The notes under the pieces were generated by a model. That model searched no databases, had not been told where the DNA came from, and was given only the letters and a program-made list of their open reading frames with translations. Of a DNA stretch of 27,552 bases, positions 19,265 to 26,291 are shown one piece after another. The position numbers and the translations under genes were made by a program. The stretch spans positions 1 through 27,552 of the IMG/VR virus record IMGVR_UViG_644736385_000001. The stretch is one strand, 5' to 3'. Position 1 is the stretch's first letter, and every line of letters begins with the position of its first letter. The DNA is from a virus.

Positions 19265-20197
19265 TTATTTAGTTATTGAAATCTCATCCCCCTCCCTTAC
19301 AACCCTACAAATCCTTGATAACTTTCCAACAACTCTACTCCTCCATGCAATCACATCAACAACTGTTTTATTTGGCTTCTGCTCCATTATAATAGTCCTA
19401 TAAATCTCCTTCACGAAAAAACTACCTTTATCACCAAACGGGTCAGTAACTATAAACTTTTTTCCACCATATTGGAAATATTCCGTTTTATTCATCTCAG
19501 AAGTTGGTTGATTGGTAACCAAAGCATAGCAGTCATTTTCCACACAATAATCCTTTAAAGCGTATAAAATAGCTTGAACATTCAACAACACATTACCTTT
19601 ACCCCTCATATTTGCAACTGCAAACTTTCCAAGAGCTGGAAGCCCTACAGAATCCAAAACCAAATAATTATATCCTTCTGGAAGCTTTTCAGTTATGAAT
19701 TCAACAAGCTTATCAAAGTTAATTATGCACCTGTAATCACATCCAGAAGATTTCAATAACTCCCTCTGCTTTTTGGTCATATTTCTTTCAGTGTCAATAT
19801 ACATGACTTTATTTCCAGCCTTTGCCTTTTCTAAAGCCCAGTTAAAAGCTATAAACGTTTTCAAACTTCCAGTATCTCCAAACAATTCAATTATATCAGG
19901 GTCCTCTAAGTTTGCCTCTAAGATGCTAAAATCAACTTTTATTCCATTCTTTACCTCTTTCTTTTCCATGGTAACGCCATTCTGCCCATTCACAGTTCTC
20001 ACCTTCTTATAATCATCTAAAAGTTTCAACTCCTTCAACCACATCACAAAAGCCCCCTTTTCATCCAACAACCCCTTACTTGCTTTAACCCTATCCATCA
20101 CTTGCTTTCTAATTTCGTTGGGATTAATCTCCGCACCATAAACCTTCTTGTGAATAACTGCCGCTCTTAGGTAATTAACTTCTACATCTGTAGCCAT
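19265..20197 (-). CDS. RecA/RadB-fold ATPase (Sak4-like recombinase candidate) with an extra N-terminal helical domain
   Basis: IIELFGDTGSLKT (Walker A), VMYIDTE, YLVLDS (Walker B), ALVTNQ. Confidence 0.88.
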   Translation of the reverse strand: MATDVEVNYLRAAVIHKKVYGAEINPNEIRKQVMDRVKASKGLLDEKGAFVMWLKELKLLDDYKKVRTVNGQNGVTMEKKEVKNGIKVDFSILEANLEDPDIIELFGDTGSLKTFIAFNWALEKAKAGNKVMYIDTERNMTKKQRELLKSSGCDYRCIINFDKLVEFITEKLPEGYNYLVLDSVGLPALGKFAVANMRGKGNVLLNVQAILYALKDYCVENDCYALVTNQPTSEMNKTEYFQYGGKKFIVTDPFGDKGSFFVKEIYRTIIMEQKPNKTVVDVIAWRSRVVGKLSRICRVVREGDEISITK

Positions 20198-20438
20198 TCA
20201 AATCCCTCCGATTAACTTTCAATCTTTTCATCAACACTTTTCTTCCATCTGATTCCAACACCTGCTTTCTAACCTTCTTAAACATCTTCACACCAACTTT
20301 TTGAACTTTAATATCATTAGCCAAAGCTTCAATAGCCTCCTTCCTTTCTAAGAATTCTTTACGGCTTTTAGCACAGCCATAAGAAACAGCCCTCCCAGCT
20401 TTTAAAACGATAAAATAAATCCTACCTTTTGAAGCCAT
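20175..20438 (-). CDS. Hypothetical basic protein
   Basis: GAGGGAGGGA RBS, coupled to the ATPase gene. Confidence 0.6.
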   Translation of the reverse strand: MASKGRIYFIVLKAGRAVSYGCAKSRKEFLERKEAIEALANDIKVQKVGVKMFKKVRKQVLESDGRKVLMKRLKVNRRDLNGYRCRS

Positions 20439-20565
20439 AATCCCTCCCTCGCTTATCCCCTCTCCCCTTTATCACTCCAAAAAACGACTTTCTACCGTTA
20501 TTCTCAATAACATAAGTCTGCTTAATCCTGCCATTTTCTTGCTTACTAAATGCCAATATTTGCAT
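20422..20565 (-). CDS. 47-aa ORF below the track cut-off (MQILAFSKQENGRIKQTYVIENNGRKSFFGVIKGRGDKRGRDYGFKR)
   Basis: AGGTGGG RBS; fills the gap between the histone gene and the 87-aa gene and overlaps the latter. Confidence 0.5.
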   Translation of the reverse strand: MQILAFSKQENGRIKQTYVIENNGRKSFFGVIKGRGDKRGRDYGFKR

Positions 20566-20631
20566 ATTCCCACCTAAGGATTTATTAAGGCAAAATATTT
20601 AAGAGTAGAAAATTAGAAAAACAAAAAGTGC

Positions 20632-20916
20632 TTAGGCAGTTATCTCTGCAACTGATACTCCATAAATCTCCTCAATCAACGCAGCTAAATACCCATTATC
20701 TTCTATAGCTTCGATTATATCCTCCTTCTTTATGGTTTTCCTTCCTGATTTTTGTGCATTCATTCTTGCTTTAACTAAAATCTCAACCAAAATCTTTTGC
20801 AAGTGGTTGTTAAGTTCCTCAACAGCATCATTAGAAATCCTAAAATCATAACCACTCTCAGGATAATTATCAGCAATATTTTTCATAACCCTCTTCAAAG
20901 TTGCCTTAGGAATCAT
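20632..20916 (-). CDS. Archaeal histone variant (HMf fold, MJ1647-like) encoded by the provirus
   Basis: [10 protein letters not shown] (helix 1), RIS.DAVEEL (loop 1/helix 2), [14 protein letters not shown] (loop 2/helix 3); AGGTGA RBS; C-terminal extension. Confidence 0.92.
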   Translation of the reverse strand: MIPKATLKRVMKNIADNYPESGYDFRISNDAVEELNNHLQKILVEILVKARMNAQKSGRKTIKKEDIIEAIEDNGYLAALIEEIYGVSVAEITA

Positions 20917-21167
20917 ACTCTCACCTCATGCTTTTCTTTAATTCTACTTACAAAACCAGCCCTCAAATCAATAATCTTATTAGGAAAATCAGCAATCATC
21001 TTAACAATCCAATCCGCAACCTCTTCAGCATCTCCTTTAGCCTTTATTTTAACCTCTCCACCACTGTATTTGATTATAATAAGATTTCCAAAACTCGAAA
21101 TCTCCTTAATCTCATTAACATTAATCCTCTTAGTTTCACTGCCCTTTTTAACAACCAAAAACTTCAT
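20913..21167 (-). CDS. Hypothetical protein, first gene of the leftward early operon
   Basis: GAGGTGGAGGG RBS supports ATG 21167 (MKFLVVKK) rather than 21215; ATGA overlap with the histone gene. Confidence 0.65.
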   Translation of the reverse strand: MKFLVVKKGSETKRINVNEIKEISSFGNLIIIKYSGGEVKIKAKGDAEEVADWIVKMIADFPNKIIDLRAGFVSRIKEKHEVRV

Positions 21168-21205
21168 AATCAACCCTCCACCTCTTTTTATAAACAATAA
21201 ATAAT

Positions 21206-21330
21206 GGGGCTTCATCCCGCCCCGTCTTTTTTAAAAAAAATTATTAGATGTGGGGGAGGGGTTTAGTGTTTCGGGGCTTACATCCCACCCAAGGGGTCCC
21301 AGCAGATAAAGCTGGTTATCCTCAGGTGGT
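21206..21330 (-). ncRNA. Candidate structured leader or small RNA
   Basis: 21247-21330 is 47/84 G+C in an otherwise AT-rich window. Contains hairpins CCAGC-N7-GCTGG and GGGGC-N8-GCCCC, a repeated GGGGCTT(A)CATCCC motif, and a T8 run on the minus strand (21233-21240). Confidence 0.45.
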
Positions 21331-21339
21331 CATTTAATA

Positions 21340-21382
21340 CTTACAATTTAATAGTTGTAAGCTTACAATTATAAAATTGTAA
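21340..21382. promoter_or_regulatory. Two tandem palindromic operators TTACAA-N8-TTGTAA
   Basis: Copies at 21341-21360 and 21363-21382, 22 bp apart, overlapping the expected start site of the leftward promoter. Confidence 0.7.
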
Positions 21383-21388
21383 TATAAA

Positions 21389-21402
21389 TATAAAAACCTT
21401 TC
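21389..21402 (-). promoter_or_regulatory. BRE-TATA promoter of the early operon
   Basis: Minus strand GAAAGG-TTTTTATA. Confidence 0.7.
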
Positions 21403-21450
21403 TCTCTAAATTTGTTAATTGATGATATTAAAAAAGTTAATAACCATAAT
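21394..21450 (+). repeat. Imperfect ~56-bp direct repeat A, copy 1 (copy 2 at 21911-21966)
   Basis: Shared AAACC.TTCTC.CTAAATTTGTTAAT.G..GATATTA.AAAAGTTAATAAC. Confidence 0.85.
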
Positions 21451-21498
21451 CAAAAAATAGCAAAACAATCATCATAAAAATTATAAAATAAACCTGGG

Positions 21499-21726
21499 AT
21501 GATTATGGATGAAAAACGGAAGCTTTTATTTGACAAAATAGCTAATGCTGGAATAGTTTTTGTAGGATACGAATTTTTATTTATGTTGTATGTCATCCTA
21601 AATACTGCATCTGGAATGATGACCTTGCACATGGGAGTTGTGCTATTTATTGGAGATGCCATTGCAATACTAATAACAATCTGGCTATTATGTGCAATAT
21701 TGTATGACATCTATAAAAAGCTTTAA
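21499..21726 (+). CDS. Small two-helix membrane protein
   Basis: 75 aa with two hydrophobic segments. Confidence 0.6.
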   Translation: MIMDEKRKLLFDKIANAGIVFVGYEFLFMLYVILNTASGMMTLHMGVVLFIGDAIAILITIWLLCAILYDIYKKL

Positions 21727-21848
21727 TTAGTTTCTAATGCTTTTTTACCTCCTAATTTGAAATACCACACATACAACCCCAATGATAATAAAACAATCAA
21801 TCCCAAAGAAGCCAAACCCATAAGTGTAACTATAGTTTGATTATCCAT
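21723..21848 (-). CDS. 41-aa single-pass membrane peptide, not in the ORF track (MDNQTIVTLMGLASLGLIVLLSLGLYVWYFKLGGKKALETN)
   Basis: GAGGTTGA RBS and an upstream TATATAAA; one transmembrane helix followed by GGKK; its stop overlaps the stop of 21499-21726. Confidence 0.65.
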   Translation of the reverse strand: MDNQTIVTLMGLASLGLIVLLSLGLYVWYFKLGGKKALETN

Positions 21849-21910
21849 AAACATCAACCTCTTTTTTGCTACTATAATCTTATATTGAAAGTTGATTTTA
21901 TATATTTTGG

Positions 21911-21966
21911 AAACCTTCTCCTAAATTTGTTAATGGCAGATATTATAAAAGTTAATAACAAATAAT
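21911..21966 (+). repeat. Direct repeat A, copy 2
   Basis: Matches 21394-21450. Confidence 0.85.
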
Positions 21967-22912
21967 GACATTATTAAATTTTTTCTATTGGACTCAAAAG
22001 CAACATATTTATATAGAAGTTAAACCCATAAAGACATTTAAAAACAGCAATCTCTGTTTTTATCTGAGGGAACTCGTTATGGATATCTTATATATTTTAG
22101 TAGCATTAGGTTTAGGAGTAATGGGTATTTTAGGATATTTTGCAACAGTTGCTGGAGTAATTCAATTTGGAGAATATATCTTAAAATTTAAAAAATTGTT
22201 AGCCCGTAGTGTAGCTATTAAAAGAGTTATCTGGTGGGCAATCAACAAAGAAATCCATATTGAATTTAAAAGTAATAAAAAATACCTTGAAAAAATTAAC
22301 CCTACACAAAAAGATTTAACAAACATTAGAAAAATCGTAGTAGATATATTCACCAAAGAGTTTGGAGGAATAAACAAAGATTCTGGAAGAATGGGAGTTA
22401 ATTACATACTCATAATTCCAAAAGAATTCAACATTCCCGTTGAAATCAGTATTCTCCCAAATATAGAATTAGACCTATCATTAGATTATGAAGATTTAAA
22501 AAAATATTCAAAACTCATGCAAGACCAATATATCAAAGAATATGGTGACATTCTACCAAGTGATTTAGGTAGAGAATGTCATATAGGGACCGCAATCAGC
22601 ATAAACTTATTTGGGACTTTAGTATTCACCTATAGGAAAACTAAAAACTATGAAAAGCTTTTAAATGTCATCGATAAAATATACTCAAAAATAGAAGAAT
22701 ATTATGGACTTCATAAACCATTTCATGAAGAATACCGCTTAAAACTGAAAGTATCTGAAAATGTAATACAATCAGAAATCCACCCAATTAAAATCAGAGA
22801 ATCAGATTTCTCAGTTACTATTAAAGACACAAAAGTAGTAATATGGTCAAAAACTATAAATTATTTGAGAGATGCAATTAAAAATTACCTATTGAAAATA
22901 CCCATACTCTAA
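21965..22912 (+). CDS. Membrane-anchored protein of unknown function
   Basis: Probable start ATG 22079 (GAGGG RBS), giving an N-terminal TM helix (ILYILVALGLGVMGILGYFATVAGVI) and a ~240-aa soluble domain. Confidence 0.7.
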   Translation: MTLLNFFYWTQKQHIYIEVKPIKTFKNSNLCFYLRELVMDILYILVALGLGVMGILGYFATVAGVIQFGEYILKFKKLLARSVAIKRVIWWAINKEIHIEFKSNKKYLEKINPTQKDLTNIRKIVVDIFTKEFGGINKDSGRMGVNYILIIPKEFNIPVEISILPNIELDLSLDYEDLKKYSKLMQDQYIKEYGDILPSDLGRECHIGTAISINLFGTLVFTYRKTKNYEKLLNVIDKIYSKIEEYYGLHKPFHEEYRLKLKVSENVIQSEIHPIKIRESDFSVTIKDTKVVIWSKTINYLRDAIKNYLLKIPIL

Positions 22913-23676
22913 AATGTCATATAATCTTCTAAGTAGTTCTCAATGACTTCTAATACTCTTTGATTGGCTTCCATATCTGAATCATACTTTTTATATAGGG
23001 TAATCGTTCCTTTTTTAGTTACTCTAACCTTTATTATCTCATTATCCATATCTATTTTTAATCCTAAAAATCCCTTCTTGGTGTTACTAACCTCAGAATA
23101 TAACTCATCGTCTATATCTATATCCTCCCCATACATCGTTCCACTATGGACGCTTCCGGTCCTACCTTTGAAACTAAGCCCCCACATACCTGCTCCAATA
23201 ACTCCATTTCTTAAATCTTCCTCAAGTTTTTCAACTAAAAAAGTAACTGGCTTAATGCCATTCTTCCTTTTAAACAACATATAGGATAATTCTGCTAAAC
23301 CATCTCCCTCTATACGTGAGTTTTTAAATAAGATGTAATTTTGGTCTAAATATAACGACATCCAAAAATCAATTGTAAATGTCCTTCTAATAATTCTACT
23401 ACTCTCCTTAATTTGTATCTCATGATTTCCAATCTGTTCTATTTCATAATCTATAATTGGGAACTCTATCTGATAATATAATCTGCCCCCCACATATTCA
23501 ATATCGTTAGATGCAGATACTACTGGAGGGTCAAATACAATAACTTTATATAATTGATACTCTTTACCATCTATTGTGTCCAAGACTTTATTTTTACCTA
23601 AGATTTCTTCAGGGTCTATAACTATAGAAGAATCTACAGCACACACCCACCTGTTAGTAAAACTCAAACACACCAC
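22909..23676 (-). CDS. Acidic soluble protein of unknown function
   Basis: 255 aa, GTG start with GTAGGTG RBS and an upstream AAAAGCTTATATA promoter-like box; convergent with 21965-22912. Confidence 0.75.
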   Translation of the reverse strand: MVCLSFTNRWVCAVDSSIVIDPEEILGKNKVLDTIDGKEYQLYKVIVFDPPVVSASNDIEYVGGRLYYQIEFPIIDYEIEQIGNHEIQIKESSRIIRRTFTIDFWMSLYLDQNYILFKNSRIEGDGLAELSYMLFKRKNGIKPVTFLVEKLEEDLRNGVIGAGMWGLSFKGRTGSVHSGTMYGEDIDIDDELYSEVSNTKKGFLGLKIDMDNEIIKVRVTKKGTITLYKKYDSDMEANQRVLEVIENYLEDYMTF

Positions 23677-23798
23677 CTACTAAAAATACTTTAACTTTAT
23701 AATTTTAACATTAAAAAATATATAAGCTTTTTGATTAATCACTCTTTTACATTGACATCTCATAGGACCAGCAGACAACACACCAAAAAAGAGAAAGG

Positions 23799-23825
23799 TT
23801 ATTTTACAGTCAAATCATAGCATTT
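23799..23825 (+). repeat. Exact 27-bp direct repeat B, copy 1
   Basis: TTATTTTACAGTCAAATCATAGCATTT, also at 24795-24821; both copies are preceded by ATAGGACCAG and AAAAAAGAGAA. Confidence 0.93.
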
Positions 23826-23942
23826 ATAAAATCATTTAAATATGCCCTCGTTTAGTTAGTAATACTCACTATATAAAGTGGATATGAACACCACATAATT
23901 GAGGTATTAATGGAAACTTTTTAATACAACATATCACAACAA

Positions 23943-23974
23943 TACTATAGTAAAACTATGGTTTTACTATAGTA
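23943..23974. promoter_or_regulatory. 32-bp inverted repeat upstream of the DUF4258/DUF2283 pair, candidate operator
   Basis: TACTATAGTAAAAC-TATG-GTTTTACTATAGTA, perfect 14-bp arms. Confidence 0.7.
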
Positions 23975-24007
23975 GGATAATAACCATACAAACCATCAAA
24001 ACTACAG

Positions 24008-24349
24008 GTGGTAAGAAGGGGCAACATGGATATTGATGAGGTTATTGAAATATTATCAGAAATAGAAGAAGAAAATATAACTATAACAAACCATTTTATA
24101 GAAAGATGTGAAAGTAGAAAAGATAAACTTCCCAATATATCTAAAATAAAAAATATGCTATTAACTCAAAAACCTGTAGGAATCTTAAAGCAGAGCGGGA
24201 ACAAATTCCGATTATATTATGAACTCGATGAAAAATATGACCTAATCATTGTTATTAGTGTTTGGAATACCAATCCTATAGAGATAAACTTAGTAACCAC
24301 TTACCCACAAGAGAAAAAGAAAAGGGAGAGGAAAGATGAAAGAATATAA
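24008..24349 (+). CDS. DUF4258-like (RelE/BrnT-fold) putative toxin
   Basis: ITNHFIERC...KFRLYY...LIIVISV...INLVTTYP pattern; start may be ATG 24026. Confidence 0.7.
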   Translation: MVRRGNMDIDEVIEILSEIEEENITITNHFIERCESRKDKLPNISKIKNMLLTQKPVGILKQSGNKFRLYYELDEKYDLIIVISVWNTNPIEINLVTTYPQEKKKRERKDERI

Positions 24350-24698
24350 AGCAACAAACTTAGATTATGACATGAGAAACGACAGCTTATATATCTACAC
24401 AAAAGGGAAAGAATATAAAGGTTCATTAGACTTAGGGGATATTATAATTGACTTCAGCGAAGATGGAAGTCCTAAGGGAATTGAGATATTAGATGCCTCA
24501 AAAAAATTCAAAATCCCAAAATATGACCTAAAAAATATCGTAAGCTTTAATAGCATAATAGAAATTACAAAAGACGTTGTAAAAATAGAAATGAAAATTA
24601 CAGTATTGAAAAGAAATAAAGAAGTGGAAAAATCAATTATTGCTAAGGGCTTAAACGAGATGAACTTAGCAGAAGGCATAGCAACAATGACATGCTAA
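24336..24698 (+). CDS. DUF2283-like putative antitoxin
   Basis: YDMRNDSLYIY...DIIIDFSEDGSPKGIEILDASK is the DUF2283 signature; overlaps the upstream gene. Confidence 0.85.
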   Translation: MKEYKATNLDYDMRNDSLYIYTKGKEYKGSLDLGDIIIDFSEDGSPKGIEILDASKKFKIPKYDLKNIVSFNSIIEITKDVVKIEMKITVLKRNKEVEKSIIAKGLNEMNLAEGIATMTC

Positions 24699-24794
24699 GC
24701 ACGTCTTTTTTATTAACATATTAATTTGTATATTTGAATGTAATTACACAATCTCCTATTTTATAGGACCAGAAAAAAGAGAAGTTGAAAGGGC

Positions 24795-24821
24795 TTATTT
24801 TACAGTCAAATCATAGCATTT
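24795..24821 (+). repeat. Direct repeat B, copy 2
   Basis: Identical to 23799-23825. On the minus strand it is followed by a T7 run that could terminate the hicA transcript. Confidence 0.93.
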
Positions 24822-24856
24822 TAAAATAACATGTTTAAGTTTCAGTTGGATAAGAT

Positions 24857-25171
24857 TTATATAACTCCCCTATCTTTTAAATACCCAACATACTCTTCAT
24901 AACTCATAGAACATTCAATAAATCTACCAAAAGAATCCCAATCAATCTTATTATCACTATTAACAAAACTTAACTGTCTTGCAATTTTTTTAATAATGTT
25001 ATCTGATATTTCAGTAGTCCTATCACTATGACTTATTTTGGTGCGAATCGGTGTCTTTTTCCCATCAATTTTTAAAATTAATTTGATGTGATGAGAATTC
25101 TTTCGTTCAAAACCTTTATTAGTCAGGGAGTTTATTATATCATTTCCCCTATATCTCCTTGACTTAACCAA
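24857..25171 (-). CDS. HicA-like mRNA interferase toxin
   Basis: KGFERKNSHHIKL...RTKISH...EIS..IIKKIARQL is a dsRBD-like HicA pattern; TTG start with GGGGAGGGA RBS. Confidence 0.75.
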   Translation of the reverse strand: MVKSRRYRGNDIINSLTNKGFERKNSHHIKLILKIDGKKTPIRTKISHSDRTTEISDNIIKKIARQLSFVNSDNKIDWDSFGRFIECSMSYEEYVGYLKDRGVI

Positions 25172-26165
25172 GGTCTCCCTCCCCTAAAATTTCTTTAAGT
25201 TTCTTTTTTAACCTAAGAGCAGACTCATGAAGATTTTCATCACCTTCATAAAGATACTCCTCAATCATGAAATCAAACTCCTCTTCCAAATCTTTAATAG
25301 CATCCTCTAATGTATTCCCACACCCTACAAGATTTAACTCCCTATTATCCAGATACCAAACTTTATCATCATAAATAACCTTGAATTTTAACGGTTCTTT
25401 AAGTTTATATTGTCCTATCTCATATAATTCAATTTCTTTGAGTGGTTGGAAATCCAGTATTATTTCAAATTTTTTCTTGTTTTCATTCAATACTCCTATA
25501 ACCTTAACAGGTTCTTCAAGTAATTTTTTAATCTTTTCTTTTAAGTCAGGATTCTCTCTTGGGTCAAATTCACCTTTTATAATTTTTCCATCCATTGTAT
25601 ATAATCCGAAAGTATTTGGTTCTCTATCCAACTCTACCCTTGTTAAAGTCCCATATACTTCAGTTTGATACTTTTTAAGGTATTCAACATAAGTATCTTT
25701 GATATACCTTCTTTTTTTAGGATTTAAATAAATATATTCTGCATCGGTTGGATTTTCACCAACTCCAATACTTATATGATTATCATCATCTGACCAAATT
25801 TTTTCCAATCTTTTTAAAATATTAATAGCTTTATACTCTGGAAACTTAGACAAAATTTCTTTCAACTCGTCCTTTGAATTGACATTACTTATTTTCTTAA
25901 AAAACCTTAATGTTATATCATGGGCTGGACCACCATCTGTCAAGTGACAAGTTAAAGGATTAACACCAAAAACCGCACTACCCCTCTCGAAATTTTCAAG
26001 ATATAACGTAACATAATCAGATTTCAAACGTCTTGGCTTTAAATCATACAACAAACGTTGAAAATTTGATAGTATATGAGACAACGTCAGCACTTTTATT
26101 TTATGGCCCCTCACATCCCTACCCTCAACCTTTATCCATATTTTTTTCATAAATATCACCAACAA
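25164..26165 (-). CDS. Large protein with a C-terminal HicB-like domain
   Basis: C-terminal VWYLDNRELNLVGCGNTLEDAIKDLEEEF resembles the HicB partial RNase H fold; ~250-aa unknown N-terminus. Probable start ATG 26150 (GGTGA RBS). Confidence 0.7.
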   Translation of the reverse strand: MLVIFMKKIWIKVEGRDVRGHKIKVLTLSHILSNFQRLLYDLKPRRLKSDYVTLYLENFERGSAVFGVNPLTCHLTDGGPAHDITLRFFKKISNVNSKDELKEILSKFPEYKAINILKRLEKIWSDDDNHISIGVGENPTDAEYIYLNPKKRRYIKDTYVEYLKKYQTEVYGTLTRVELDREPNTFGLYTMDGKIIKGEFDPRENPDLKEKIKKLLEEPVKVIGVLNENKKKFEIILDFQPLKEIELYEIGQYKLKEPLKFKVIYDDKVWYLDNRELNLVGCGNTLEDAIKDLEEEFDFMIEEYLYEGDENLHESALRLKKKLKEILGEGDLG

Positions 26166-26291
26166 TTTCCCAACATAAACAACAATACAATAACAATAAA
26201 TTTACCAATTTCGATTTTTAATATAATTGTATAACTATATAACGATTACTATATGAGTTTAGAATATCAAAGATTGATAATGTTTAAAAAA

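Noticed and set aside
20913-21215. Start of this ORF at 21215 as given in the track
   Set aside because: That ATG lies inside a hairpin without an RBS; ATG 21167 has a strong GAGGTGGAGGG RBS.
21340-24821. CRISPR or mini-CRISPR array
   Set aside because: The repeats occur only as pairs about 0.5-1 kb apart or as palindromic operators, with no regular repeat-spacer period.
1165-25668. Many antisense or nested ORFs in the track (e.g. 1165-1374, 1432-1647, 4486-4710, 5876-6181, 7786-8049, 10703-10897, 12732-13349, 20797-21204, 22964-23284, 24395-24679, 25381-25668)
   Set aside because: They lie opposite or inside well-supported genes, have Ser/Phe/Ile-rich shadow composition and lack RBS support.
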